Below the pieces are notes generated by a model. That model did no database searches, was not told the DNA's origin, and worked only from the letters and a program-made list of their open reading frames with translations. The translations under genes were made by a program, and so were the position numbers. A DNA stretch of 64,000 nucleotides from Lama glama (Eukaryota): positions 44,332,001 to 44,396,000 of the forward strand of contig CM052817.1 in the NCBI GenBank assembly GCA_028534125.1, written 5' to 3'. Position 1 is the stretch's first letter; every line of letters begins with the position of its first letter. This document shows, piece by piece, positions 38,966 to 52,722 of the stretch.

Positions 38966-41900
38966 GAACAGAGGCTGCCTCAGAAAAGACTTGAATGCTT
39001 ATGTTTACTTGCTGACTAAGGTGGCCCATTCCCTTCCATTCCACCTTCCCTGAGAGTTAAATTCCATCCTTAGAGAGTCATTCCTTTAACTTAAATTTGA
39101 CCCTTGTTGAATTTCAGTTAGCTAGGTTGCTCCTTATTACCTCCTTTGGCTTTGTTTCCTGCATGTCCACAATCCCCAGTGCTCCGTGTTTTTCTTTTCT
39201 CTCCTAAGTGATCGAATTCATTCCATGACACTCACTACCAACATGCATCTGGCTCCCACACCCAGTACTGACCTCTGTCTTAAAGCTCCAGAAGCATCAG
39301 AAGCAGGGCACAGAAGCATCAAGCCACTGGGCCTGAAGGGGCCCTGCAAATAGGAGTGATGGATGGAGAGCCAGGGTAACCTAGGTGACCGTTAATTGAT
39401 GGTGCCTTCCTCCTTCCTCCTTCCTTCATGGCTCTGCACTGCCAAAGCCCCCTGGAGCCCTGGCACAGCTCAGGGTGATAGTGGGGGAGCGGAGTGGGCC
39501 TAGAAGTCATCAAGATAAAATGAATATTACTCATCTATTCATTCAACTTGGAAAGGGAAGAGAGAAGGAACAACTAACTAGATGGTAATACAAGAGCAGG
39601 GATCATATCTGTTTTGTTCAACACCTTCTAACAAAAGCATTTCAAAGTAAACCTTAAAAATTATTTGTTGAATAAATGAATGAATGAGTCAGGGAGGTAA
39701 ATCTGCTCTGGGAAGAATGGTAGTGCTAATAACAGAAATAGAGACAGGAAGTGAAGTGGGTTTAGGAGGGAAGACAGTTTTGGTTTTGGTTTCAAATACT
39801 GTCTTTGAGGTGGCAGCAGCATAGTCCCAGTACCGAAGTGTGAATCAGCTGGTTATGTGTGGATAGAGCTTTAAGACAGAGGGCAGTGCTGGCTTTCAGA
39901 GCCAGGTACATGTTGGCAGCGAGTGTCATGGAATGGATTTGATCACTTAGAAGAGAATAGAGTAGCACTGAGCGCTGGGGATTGGGGGTAAGCAGGAAAT
40001 AAAGCTAAAAGAGATAATAAGGAACAATCAAGCTATTTGAATTTTAACAAGGGTTAAGTTCAAGTTAAAGGAATGACTCTCTAAGGATGGAATTTAACTT
40101 TCAGGGAAGGTGATATGGAAGGGATGGGCCACCTCAGTCAGCAAGTAAACCTAAGCCACTAACGTGTGATTTTTGTTTGTTTCCAGTATCTATTTTTAAT
40201 TTCTTTGTTTTGTAACAGAGGACCTTTGCTCTCACTAAGTTTTTCCCCCCAACAATTTATTTTGAAAAATTTCAAACATACAACAAAAAGAATTTTACCT
40301 TGAAAACACATAGACTCACAGCCTAGATTCTACCACTAACATTTTACTCCTCCTGCGTTACACTAATCTATCCATGCTCTCTCTCTACTCATCCATCAGT
40401 CCATTTTAATTTTTGATACATTTCAAAGAAAATTGCGGACACCCCCTAAATTCTTCAGCATACCTATTATTAACCAGAATTCAGTATTTGCTTAGTTTTT
40501 TCTTTTGATGTAATAATTAAATACAATAAAATGCACCAATCTTAAGAGTACATGTACTGTTTGTCCCAAACATTTATTATAATAGTTTTCCAAATATACA
40601 GCAATGCTGAAAGAATTGTATCCTTTACTCATCACCTAGATTTTACCATTAACATTTTCCTATACTTGCTTTTTCATAATCTACCTATTCATCTGTTTCT
40701 CTGTCCATTAATCCACCTAATTTCAAATACTTTCTCTCCAATACTTCAACATGTAATGTATATCATAAATCAGAGATTGATATGTATGCAGTTTTCTTTC
40801 TTTTAATGAAGATTTTACATGTAGTAAAATGCATAAATCTTAGGTGTACATTCACTAAATTTTAACAAGCAGACACCTGTGTAACTCAAACCTCTATAAG
40901 ATATAGAATATTACTATTAGCCAAGAAAGTTTCTACGTGCTCCTTCCCCACCCAAGCCCTGCCCTCATTTGCCCCAGAAACAATCACAGTTCTAATTTTT
41001 TTTCCATCAGAGATTTGACTTGCAGTATGTACATGAAAGGCTTCTATCACAGTGTAATATTTTTGAGATCGTTTATATTGTTGCTTGTATCAGTAGTTCA
41101 TGTCTTTTTATTACCGAGTAGAATTCCATTGAATGAATATACCAAATTGTTTGTGAGCTCTCTTATTGGTGGATACCCGGGCTGTTTGCAGTTTTGGGGT
41201 ATGTTGCTATAAACCTCCTTCAAGTCTTTTTGTGTTTTCATTTCTCATGGGTAAATACCTAAGATTGGAATTGCTGGGTCATAAGGGTAAGTATATGTTC
41301 AGTTTTAAAAGAAACTGCCAGGTATTTTTCCTAATGTGGTTGTACCATTTCTCACTCCCATTAACAGTGTATTAGAGTTCTGGTTGCTCCACGTACAGAC
41401 ATCTGAAATTGTCAGTCTTTCTCATTTTAGCTATTCTGATGGGTGTGTAATGATAACTCATGGTGCTTTAAATTGGCATTTCTCTGATGTTTAATGATGG
41501 TGAACACTTTTTCGTATGATGATTGTATACAGGTTCCTTAGTGAAATATTTGTTCAAATACTTTGCCCATTTAAAAAATTGGTTGTTTATCTTTTTCTTA
41601 TGTTGTAGAAATTCTTTATATATTCTGGATACCTGTCTTTGGTTAGATATATGATTTGTGAATATATTCTTCCAGCCTGTGGCTTGCATATTCATTATCT
41701 TAATGATCATATGTGATGAGCAGAACTTTTAAATTTTGATGAAGTTAAATTTATCTTTATTGCTTTTTGTGACCAGTTTGATAAAACTCATTACCCTCAA
41801 GTCACAAAAATGTTTTCTTAGGTTTTCCTCTAAAAACTTAGGATTTTAGCCTTTGTGTTTAGACCTGCAATTCATTGAAAAATAACTTTTGTGTATGGTG

Positions 41901-43478
41901 AAGAAGGGGCTGGATTCATTTTTTCCTATATGGACGTCTAGTTATTATTGCATTATTTGTTGAAAGGAGTTTTTCCCCTATTTACATGTTTTGGTGACTT
42001 TCCCCTCCAAATGACCATATAAATGCCTGTTTCTGAGCTCTGTCTTGTTCCATAGATCTATTTGTTGATCCTTAAGCCAGGACTACACTTGCTTGATTAA
42101 TCTAGTCTTATAGCAAAGCTTGGAGTCAGATAATGGAAGTACTACAAATTTGTTATTTTCCAAAATTCTTTAGGTATCCTATGTTCTTTGAATTTCCATA
42201 TAAAATTTAAAGCAAGTTTGTCAATTAAAAAAAATTTTCCTGGGATTATGATTGGATTATATTGAATCTATGATCAGTTTGGGGAGAATTGACACTTCTC
42301 CATTTATTTAAACTTCTTTAATTTCTCTCAACAATGTTTTATGGTTATTAGTGTAGAAGTCCTGCATGTCTTTGGCTAAATTTATTCCTAGTTTGGTTTT
42401 TTTATACAGTTATAAATTATAATTATAAATTAAATTTCCAGTTCAATTTTCTTTTTTTGAAAGATAATTGACATGTAACACTGTAAGTTTAAGGTTTACA
42501 GCATGTTAATTTGATACATTTACATACTAGATTACAGTTGCCATTGTAGCATTAGCTAACACCTCTATCACATCACATAATTATTTTTTTGTGATGCGAA
42601 CAAATAAGATCAGAAAGTTTGATGTTTATAATACAGTATTGTTGTCTATAATCATTAGACTGTGTCTTAGATCTCCAGGACTTATTTATTTACTAGTTCT
42701 AGTTCAATTTTCAATTGTTTGCTACTAGTATATAAGAATATAATCATTTTTGTATATTTACCATGTATCCTGAAACCTCATTAAATACACTTATTAGTTC
42801 TAACAAGTTTTTGTAGATTGCTTAGGATTTTTTTTTTGTCAACAATTTTGTCATAGGCAAAGAGAGATGATTTTACTTCTTTCTTTGCAAATGTTTACCT
42901 TTTATTATTTTTGCTTTATGGCAAAGACTAGGAGCTCCAGTACAATCTAAGAGGTGGTTTCAGTGGGTGTCCTTGCCTCGATTCCAGTTTTAGGAGGGAA
43001 CATTTACTATTTCACCATTAAGTACGATGTTAGTTGTGGATATTTGGGTGAGTTGTATTTTTCAAGGAAGTGTTCATTTCATCTATATTGTTAAATTTTG
43101 GTGCATAAAGTTGTTCGTAATATTCTCTTATTATCCTTTTAATATTTATAGGATCTGTAGATCTTTCCTGACATAGGTAATTTGTATTCTAACTTTTTTT
43201 CTGGATCAGATTCCTAGGGCGTTAACAGTTTTGTTGCCTTTTGCCATTGTTAGTTTCCTCGATTTTGTCTGTTTTCTTTTTTGTTGATTTCTACTTTTGC
43301 CTTATTATTTCCTTATTTCTCCTTACTTTTGTTTTACGTTGCTATTTCTTTAGTTTTTTAAAGTGGAAAAAAAAGCTATTTATTTTTAAGTTATTTTAGA
43401 CCATTCTTCTTTTCTAACATAAGTGTTTAAAGCTATCAGTTTTCCCCATTCACTTCTTTCAATATATCACACTATTTT

Positions 43479-43593
43479 GGGGGGCTGGGGAGAGGTATTT
43501 AGATTATTTTTTTAAATGGATGTACTGGGGATTGAACCCAGGACCTTATGTACGCTAAGCACACACTCTACCACTGAGCTACATCTTACCCCC
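43479..43593 (-). mobile_element. tRNA-derived SINE (Vic-1-like) with 13-bp TSD
   Basis: TSD atcacactatttt at 43466-43478 and 43594-43606. Confidence 0.9.
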
Positions 43594-44855
43594 ATCACAC
43601 TATTTTTTACTGTATTTCATTAATATTCAGCCTAAAATATTTTTAAATTTTTCTTATGATTTCTTTTTTGACCAAGATATAATATTAAAGTGTATTGTTT
43701 AATTTACAAATATTGGGGGGATTCATAATTATCTTACTGTTATTAATTTCTAATTTAATTCCATTGTCAAAGAACATAATCTGTATGGTTTTAATCCTTT
43801 TAATTTTGTTGAAACTTGCTTTATGGCCATATATATTCTATCCTGGTGTATATACTATATATAATTGAAAAGAATTGTATTCTTCTATTGTTAGGTGTAA
43901 TGCTCTATAAACAGCAGTTAGGTCAAGGTGATTGGTAGTATTCAAATTACCTATGTTCTTATTGAGTTTTTTTTTCTGTCTAGTTTTTCTTTCAGTTGAT
44001 AATGGAGAGATGGTGATTATGGATTTGTATCCTCTCTTTAATTTTGTCTATTTTTGCTTCGTGTATTTTGATGTTCTTCTATTAGACACATATATATTTA
44101 TAATTATTATATCTTTCTAATGAATTGACACTTTTATTATGAAATGTCCCTCTTTATCTCTGATAATACTTTTAATCTTGAGGTCTATTTTATCTGATAT
44201 TAATATAGCCACTCCAGTTTTATGATTAGTTTTTGCATGGTTTCTCTTTTTTCATCTAATTACTTTTAAATTGTTGGTTTCTTTATATATTTAAATGTGT
44301 CTTGTAGAAAGCATAAAGTTGGATCTTGATTTTTATAATTTTTTTGAAGTTTCTACCTTTAAATTGGAACATTTAGGGCATTAAAATGTATTGTAATTAT
44401 TTGTAAATAACATATAGGGCTACCATATTACTTTCTCTTTCTCTCCTCTGTTTTTTATTTCTGAGTATTTTAAAAATTCCACTTTAACTTATAAATTGGC
44501 TGTATAGTTATGGCTTTTTAAAAAATTGACAGTCTAGGGACTGCAGTTATAGATCCTGATGCTTTGTAATTTATTAAAGTCCTTATTTTTTTCTTTCATT
44601 CAAATTGGATAATTTCTGTTGATCTGTTTTCAGGTTTACTGACTGTTACCTTCATCGTCTTTATTTTGCTTTCAAATCCATTCGGTATATTTTTAAATTT
44701 TAGATATTTTATATTTTAGTTTTATCATTTCTGTATGTTCCCTTTTATAGTTTTTATTTATCAGCTGAGATTTCCTATCTTTTTGTTCATTATGAGCTTT
44801 CATTGATAAGCGCTTTCTTTTACTTCACTGAGCATAGTTAAAGTTAGCTGGCATA

Positions 44856-44857
<2 letters not shown>

Positions 44858-44890
<33 letters not shown>
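44858..44890. repeat. (TG)16 microsatellite
   Basis: Read directly. A second (TG)n tract lies at about 59068-59090. Confidence 0.95.
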
Positions 44891-44892
<2 letters not shown>

Positions 44893-45092
44893 ATTCCAAC
44901 TTCTGAGTCATTGCAGGATTGTTCTTTGCTGATTGTCTCTTCTCTTGAGATTGGGTCACAAATTCCTGTTTCTGACTGTGTCAAGCAGTTTTATATTGTA
45001 ACCTGAATGATGTGAACATTATATCCTGGAAACTGTCTATTCTGTTATAGATTTCTCCAAAAGGTGCTGATATTTTTGACAAGCAGTTAACA

Positions 45093-45283
45093 TTTTTTTC
45101 TTTTCTTTTTTCATTTGTTTTGGTTTGTTTTTTGTTTTCTGTTGATTTGGGTTTTGAGGGAGTAATTAGGTTTAATTAGGTTTACTTATTTATGTATATT
45201 TTTTAATGGAGGTACTGGGGGTTGAGCCCAGGACCTCGTGCATGTTAAGCATGCACTCTACCAATAAGCTCTACCCTCCCCCC
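45093..45283 (-). mobile_element. tRNA-derived SINE (Vic-1-like) with long tail, abutting an L1
   Basis: aatggaggtactgggggttgagcccaggacctcgtgcatgttaagcatgcactctacc...ctaccctccccc. Confidence 0.9.
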
Positions 45284-48200
45284 TGACCTTCATTATGTTG
45301 AGGTATGATCCCTCTATATCCACTTTGTTGAGAGTTTTTATCATGAATGGTTGTTGATTATGTCAAGTGCTTTTTCTGCATCTACAGATCATATGATTTT
45401 TATCCTTCATTTTGTTCATGTGATGTATCACATTGATTGATTTGTGGATGTTGAATCCCTGGAATAAATCCCACTTGATCATGATGTATGATCCTTTTCA
45501 TGTATTATTGAATTCAGTTTGCTAATATTTTGTTGAGAATATTTGCATCTGTGTTCATCAGGGATATTGACCTGTGATTTTCTTTTCCTGTAGTGTCCTT
45601 GTCTTGTTTTGGTATCAGGATAATGGTGGCCTCACAAAATGAGTGTGGAGGTATCCCCTCTGCATCTATTTTTTTGGAAGAGTTTGAGAAAGATTGGTAT
45701 TTGTCTTTAAGTGTGTGGTAGAATTCACTTGTGAAGGCATCTGGTCCTGGTCTTTTGTTTATTGGGAGTTTTTGTTTGTTTGTTTGTTTAATTACTGATT
45801 CAATCTTACTAGTAATTGGTCTGCTCAGATTTTCCATTTCTTCATGATCCAGTCTTGGTAAGTTACATGTTTCTGGGAAGGTATTCATTTCTTCTAGGTT
45901 GTGCAATTTGTTAGCATATAATGGTTCATGGTAGTCTCTTTTGATCCTTTGTATTTCTGTGGTATCAGTTTTAATGTATCCTTTTTCATTTATAATTTTA
46001 TTTTAGTCTTCTCTTTTTGTTCTTGGTGAGTCTAAAGTCTTGTCTATTTTGTTTGTTTTCAAATCACCAGCTCTTAGTTTCATTGATCTTTCTATTGTCT
46101 TTTTAGTCTCTATTTCATTTATACTGTCTGATTTTATTTCCTTTCTTCTAATAATTTTGAGCTTAGTTTGTTCTTTTTCTAATTCATGGAGGTATAAAAG
46201 TAGGTTGTTTGAGATCATTCTTGATTCTTAATGCAGGCATTTATCAGTATGAATTCTACATTCTTTTGCTTTTGGATGATTTTCTGTCTGGATGAGCTAT
46301 CCACTGATGAATGTTGGGTATTGAAGTCCCCTACTATTATTGTACTGCTGTCTTTTTCTCCCTTTTGCTCTGTTAATATTTGCTTTCTATATTTAGGTGC
46401 TCCTATGTTGGGTTAGAAACACTTACAAATGTTATTATATTCTCTTGTTGGATCGACTCCTTTATCATTATATAATGGCCTTGTCTCTTATTATAGTCTT
46501 TGTCTTAAAGTCCGTTTTGTCTGAGATAAGTGTAACTACTCTAGCTTTCTTATTGGTTTCCATTGAAATGGAATATCTTTTTCCATCTCTCCACTTTCAG
46601 TCTGTGTCCTTGAAGCTGGAGTGAGTGTCTCGTAGGCAGCATATAGTTGGGTCTTGTTTTTTAAATTCATTCAGTCCCTCAATGTCTTGATCAGAGAATT
46701 TCGTCAGTTTACATTTAAAGTACTTATTGATAGATACAGACTTATTCTTACCATTTTCCTTTCTGACTGTTTTGTAATTCTGTTCCTTTCTCCTCTTGCT
46801 CTCTTCCTTTGTGATTTGATTTCCTGTAGTGGTAGGCTTAGATTGCTTTCTCACCTTTTTTGTGTCTACTGTAGATTTTTGCTTTGTGGTTACCATGAGG
46901 CTTACATAAAACATCTTAGGCTTATAATAGTCTATTTTAAGGTGATAACTTAAGTTCAAATGCATTCTAAAGTTGTATATTTTATTCCCCCCCAACATTT
47001 TATGTTTTTGATGTCATGGTTTACATCTTTTTATCTTGTATATTGATTGACAAATTATTGTAGTTATAGTTATTCTTACTGCTTTTGTCTTCTAACCTTT
47101 GTAATAGATTTATAAATGATTAACACACCACCATCACAACATTTTACTGTATATTTACCAGGGAGAGTTATACTTCCAATATGTTTCCTAATTACTGTTT
47201 AGCACCCTTTCATTTCAGCTTAAAGATGTTCCTTTAACACTTCTTGTAAGGCCAGTCTAGTGGTGAGGAATACCTTTAGCTTTTGTCTGGGAAACTCCTT
47301 TTTCCTTTCTTTCTGTTTTTTCTTTCTCTCTTTCTTTCTCTCTCTCTTTCTCTCTCCCTCTCCTTCTCTCTCTCTTTCTTTCTCTCTCTTTTTCTCTTTT
47401 TCAATTCTGTAGGACAGCTTTGCTGGGTAGTCTTCCTGGTTGGCAGTTTTTTTTTTTTCCAGCACTCTGAATGTGTTATATCACTCTTCTAGCCTGCAAA
47501 GTTTCTGCCAAAAAATCTGCTGATCGTTGCTATATGTAACAAGTTCTTTTTTTTCTTGCTGCATTTAAGAGTCTCTCCTTGTCTTTCACTTTGGACAATT
47601 CAATTGACAATTCAATTATTCTGTCTCTCAGTGTGGGTCTCTTTTCTTGTTTAGAACTCTCTGGACTTCCTGGTTCTGGATGTTTGTTTCCTTCCTCAGG
47701 TTAGGAAAGTTTTCAGCCATTATTTTTTCAAAAAGCTTTCTATCCCTTTCTTTCTCCCTTCTCCTTCTGGGACCTTTACAATGTAAATATTTGTTCTTTT
47801 GATGTTGTCCCATAAATCCTTTAAGCTATCTGTACTCTTTGTCATTCTTTTTTTCTTTTTGCTCCTTTGGATGAATTCTACTGCCTTGTCCTTTAGTTTG
47901 CCAATCCTCTCTTGCACTTCCTTTAGTCTGCTGTTGAACAGACTCTAGTGAATTTTTCAGTTCAGTTATTGTATCCTCAGCTATGTGATTTCTGTTTGAT
48001 ATTTTCTTATATTTATATCTCCTTTCTAAAATTCTCACTTTGTTCACACATTATTCTCCTGACCTCTTTATGGCCATTATTTTTAACTCTTTATCAGGTA
48101 AATCATTTATCTCCATTTCATGAAGGTCTTTTTCTGGAGTTTTATCTTTTTCTTTCATTTAGAAAATATCCCTCTGTTTCTCTCTTTTTTTTTTTTTAAC

Positions 48201-49360
48201 TGTGTTGGTTTCTGTACATTAGAAAAAAGAGCCACCTCTCCCAGTCTTAAAGTGCTGGCCTTGTGTAGGAGACACAACACATCATTCAGCCCTGCCCTGG
48301 CCCTTGGTTGCTTCTCAAACCTTTGTGATTGTTCAAGCTGTTTTCTTTGTTTGTTAGTGGCCCCTAGTAGTGGAGGGTGTGCCCAGCGCTGTCAGTGTCC
48401 CAAAGTGGGGAGAATCTCAGCCAGCACCCAGATGCAGGCTGATTGGAGCCAGGCCCTGAGGCAGTGGCTTTCAAAGTATGCCGAGTACCTCTTTCAGGGG
48501 AAGACTAGGAGATGGACATTCTGTCTCTTCCCTCTGCACTGAGCTGTCAGGTGACAGCCAGTTAAAAACTGTTTCTTGTTTGCTACCATCCTGTTGAACC
48601 CATGAACAGGAACCCTGCTGGCCACCAGAGTCAGACTTTCACGGGATGTGTGTCCTCCGGGCAGCAGCCACAAAAGCTAGGATGCCAGATGTGAGTACAA
48701 GCTCCTTTCATGGAGACACTGGCAACCTGGGGCAGGGCAGATGGAGAGTGTGCAAATGGTACCCTCTGGCCTCCCTGGTTTCTGGAGAAGACTGCAGTTG
48801 GTCCCTACATATGTGTTAAATTAGAAGCCTGACCCTCAGGCCACAGCTTTTAAGATCTGCAGACAGGCCTCTTTCACAGAAAGACTGGGCTTTTCTGCCT
48901 GCTGCCTCTGCGCCATACCTGGGGAGGGATGGCCACGGTGAGCCTGTGCGAGCCCCTTCAAGAACCGATTGTTAGTTCACTACAGCCTAATGAGTCTTAC
49001 AGATGGAAGCCCCGTTGGCTTTCAGAGCTGGATGCTTTTGAGGAGCCACCTCTCAGGTGGAAGTCTTAAAAGTCAGGGCACCAGGTGTGTATTCCAAACT
49101 CTTTGCTTCTTTAGGGAGAAGCTGGGAGTTTCGAGTTCCCTCCCAGGGGTTGTAAACTATACCCAGGGTGGGGTTTGGTGCGATTGTCTCCGCCTCTCCT
49201 ACCTGTTTTAATGTGGTTTTCTTCTTGTTCACCCAATGTAGAGGAGTCGCTCAGCTAGTTTCTGGATGTTTTTTCAGAGCGAATTGTTCTATATGCAGCT
49301 GTAGGTTCGGCGAGGGGAGGTGATCAGGAGCCTCCTATGTCAGCATTTTGAACTGGACTC
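45284..49360 (-). mobile_element. L1 5' half: 5' UTR, disrupted ORF1, ORF2 endonuclease region to start of RT; 3' half absent
   Basis: Translations LKDLWDNIKRTNIYIVKVPEGE and IMAENFPNL (ORF1); KKQDPTICCLRDTH (EN); NLEEMNTF...[11 protein letters not shown]...[19 protein letters not shown] (ORF2). GC-richer 5' UTR 48230-49360. TC-rich microsatellite at 47300-47400. Confidence 0.92.
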
Positions 49361-49544
49361 TATTGTTTTGTTTTCAATCTAGTTGTTACAGCAGCTTGGG
49401 CTACACCCTAACCATGAGAAAAAAAATCCCTGGGAGTGTCTATCATCATGATCTCCAATTATTGGATGAAGGCTAAAACCCAGTTACCTATTTAGTCGAT
49501 ATCAAATAACTAATTTGCTCTGGTTTCTCACTTTTCCTCATCAC

Positions 49545-50400
49545 TTTTTTAAATTGAGGTATAATTAATAATCAGAATTAGGCACAGATTTAAATGTTCA
49601 GTTGGATGAATTTTGACAGTTTCATTCACCCATGTAAGCACAGCTCAAAGCACGTACAGAATATACTTGTCCCCTCAGAAAGTTCTCTTTTGTTCATTTT
49701 GAATCAATTAGCTTCCCTCTCTCCCCAGGCCACCACTTTATCATTTCTACCATTACAAGTTAGTTTTGCCTGTTCTAGAACTTGATATAAATGGAATCAT
49801 ACAGTATATATATTTTTGTGTGTGTAACTCCATTTGCTTAATGTAATGGTTTCCATTCATGTGGTTACATTTATCAATAGTTTATTCTTTTTTAAAAAAA
49901 CTGATTGATAGTATTCCAGTGTATTAATCTACTGCAATTTGGTTATCTGTTGATTGGAGATTTCAGTTGTTTTCAGTTTTTGACTACTGTGATTCAAGCT
50001 GTGATAAACGTCTTGTACAAGTCTTTTTGCAGAGATAGATTTTAATTTCTTTAGAGTAATTACTTAAAAGTGGAAGCGACAGATTATAGGGTAAATACAT
50101 ATTTCATTTTGTAAAGAACTATCAGTTCTCCGAGTGGGTTACTTGCCCACCAGGATGTGTAATAACTCCATTTGCCCCACATACTCACCAACACTTGATT
50201 TTAGTCACTCTAGTGAGTAATAGAATTTCCTTGTGGTTTAAATTTGTATTTCTCTAATAATTTAAAGACATCTATCACCTTCCCATGTGCTTATTGGTCA
50301 TTAATATATATTCCTTTGTGAAATGTCTCTTTAATTCTTTTGCCAAGCTTTTAAAATTAGGTTGTCTTTTTATTGCTGATTTGTATTTGTGCGTCATGCA
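49545..50400 (-). mobile_element. Old L1M 3' region
   Basis: aattgaggtataatt...gttttgcctgttctagaacttgatataaatggaatcatacag; translation KELKRHFTKEYILMTNKHM. Confidence 0.8.
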
Positions 50401-51993
50401 TATTTGTATTGGTGCCTCATGGGTAAAATTCCTTTTGTTAGCTTCCTCCCACTGATTTCTGATCAATTTGACCTGAAGAGCGGTGGTTCTACTTTTGTTA
50501 GTGGACATATGATATACCCTCTCAACCAGCCACGCCGACGTAGTATCCAGAGTCACGGTGACACATGCATGTCTCCTGTTGTGCTTCTCAAAGATGCTGT
50601 GGAGGCACGTTATTTAACTGCATCTTGAAATTATTTCCTAAGTTCCTTATTCCTCAGCACATTATTCCTTAGTTAGCTTTTAAGTGACATTTCCAAGAAG
50701 CCCTTACTATTTGTTTTTAAACTCTGTTATAGAACCTTCAAAATTTGTTGCTGGAAAACAAGAAGTCTTTGATAAGATGTGTAGAACAAGTCAGGAAAAA
50801 AATGGAAGACGAAAAGGATTTGCAGTCTCACTGTAAAAAAAATATATATATATGTATACATATATATATACACACACACATATATATGTATATTTTTTCA
50901 GGGTTTCACATGTGGATTAAGGCAGTTGTTCTTTGATTTGGGGGAAGTTTCCCTTGAATATTAAATAATATCAAAACACATCTAGTGATGCATTATTAAA
51001 CTGAGTTTATTATTGAACTCATTATTAAATTTTTGGAATGAACTTGATTGAAAATGTCTGTTTATGTCCTAAGCTGAAATTCACTTTCTGCCCGTCTGCA
51101 CAGAAGCCTAGCCCTGGAAGGGATATCAGACTGTCTTCCTGCCTTTTAATAAATCTGCTTCCAAATCATTTCATACCAGGGGGATCTGTAATCTTTTTTT
51201 TTTTCCTTTTAATTGTCAGGAAGGAAGATTAATGTTCTTCTCAGTCCAGGGCCTGTGAGTCCTCTTTCTTGGGTTGCTCCTTCTTATCTACTTGGTTCCT
51301 ATCACTGAAAATTGAAGCCAATTCCTATATTCTGTTCTAATTAGAGAAGAGAAATAGCTTTCAGTCACTCCTACATATTTATACACATTACAAAGTTTGC
51401 AAAATCTCCTTTTACCTGTCTTTCTCTTTTAGCTTCAATGAGGTGAAATTTTTTCCCGACATTGAAAATACCACATTCTTGACTTTACGCACAGGTTGTC
51501 TTCCCTTCCAGCTCTTTACTCATTCCCACTTTATCCTTTCTAAGTTGCCTCCCCCCAAAAAAGGAAAAACATAACTGGAATCATTTGGGACAGGAAAGAA
51601 CAGAAAGGTGACAACTGCAGAGTGAGACAGACAGAAACACACAGAGACAGAAAGTACTCATGTGGAGACACAGCAAGAGACAGACAGGTGTACAGAGGCA
51701 GAGCTAGACAGACAGAGGTCGACAGATAGAATATATGTGCTTTTGAATAGGCCTTATTCTAAACCTCTTGCTTTAGAGACTTTGAGGAGTATCAATGTAT
51801 GAAGCACATTTAAAGACGACATTAATGAGAAACTGCCTTCCCTTTCACACCTCCTTTAAGAGATAGAAATTGCCCATTTGATACACTGTTTTTTTCCTTT
51901 ATTGTCAGAGAAATAGTTCTTACAGAGTCGGCAACTACAAAATTCTATGCTACCAGGAAATAATGCTAAGGTAATAATCCAGAAGGATAAATT

Positions 51994-52722
51994 TGTGCCA
52001 GTTATCAAGTTACTGCCTCTTAGCTCCGCGTTCACCCTTCAATATATGCTGTGACAGTGGACAGAGTCCCTTTAAAAATCTCTTTACAGTGAGTGCGATG
52101 TTAAGCTTTCCCAGTAGAGGGCGCTGGAGGGGCAGCAGGGAAGGAAAGGGCTACCTTGCTGTTTGGACTGCTGTCTGGTGCAGCAGTGGGGTGAGTGTGA
52201 GGATATCTGATAGAATTCTGCCCCAACGACGGGTTGCCTTGGTGACCCTGCAGCCTCCGCAGGCGATAACCTTCTCCCAGCCCTGTGGACTAGAAACCCA
52301 CACCCTGAAGGATTCCTGCTTGCATCCACGCCCAAGGCATTCTGCCTGTGCAGATAACCTGAGACTCAGAGTTTGCACTGAGCAGCCACCCCCTCTATGA
52401 CCCCGCTAACTGTGCACCTCTACACTGTGTTTTGCTAACTGACCACACCCACGTACGCTCTGAAGGGTTGCTTCCTGCTTGCCCAGGAACTGCAGTCGAG
52501 CCTCTGGCCTGGGCAAACCAGCAAGCTTCTCTGCTGTCTGGCGGGCTGCATTCTCCAAGGAGGTCTGAACCCCAGCGTTGGCAAGGGGGGCCCTTTCCAA
52601 GTGTCTCTTTCCTTGGATATTCTTCCTTGGATGGAGGGTATCATGTAGAATCCCTTATATTCTATAGACACTGTTTTAATCAGAATTTAATCATTTGTTA
52701 TATGAAACTTCCACTGTGTAAA
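51994..52722. mobile_element. LTR41-like ERVL LTR
   Basis: tgtgccagttatcaagttactgcctcttagctcc...gatgttaagctttcccagtagagggcgctggaggg matches my recollection of LTR41. Confidence 0.7.
52111..52124 (+). promoter_or_regulatory. CTCF core motif
   Basis: CCAGTAGAGGGCGC fits CCASYAGRKGGCRS at all 14 positions. Confidence 0.7.

Larger units (their letters stand above)
40240..45090 (-). mobile_element. Large old L1 (L1MC/ME-like) region with nested younger inserts
   Basis: T-rich degenerate L1 antisense sequence; minus-strand translation WKNIFTNHISNQRQVSRIYKEF...KWAKYLNKYFTKE (ORF2-like). Nested L1 3' tip at about 42450-42700. Confidence 0.8.

Noticed and set aside
45514..48047. Active L1 or host protein genes
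   Set aside because: ORF1/ORF2 are fragmented by frameshifts, stops, an internal deletion near 46270 and a microsatellite.
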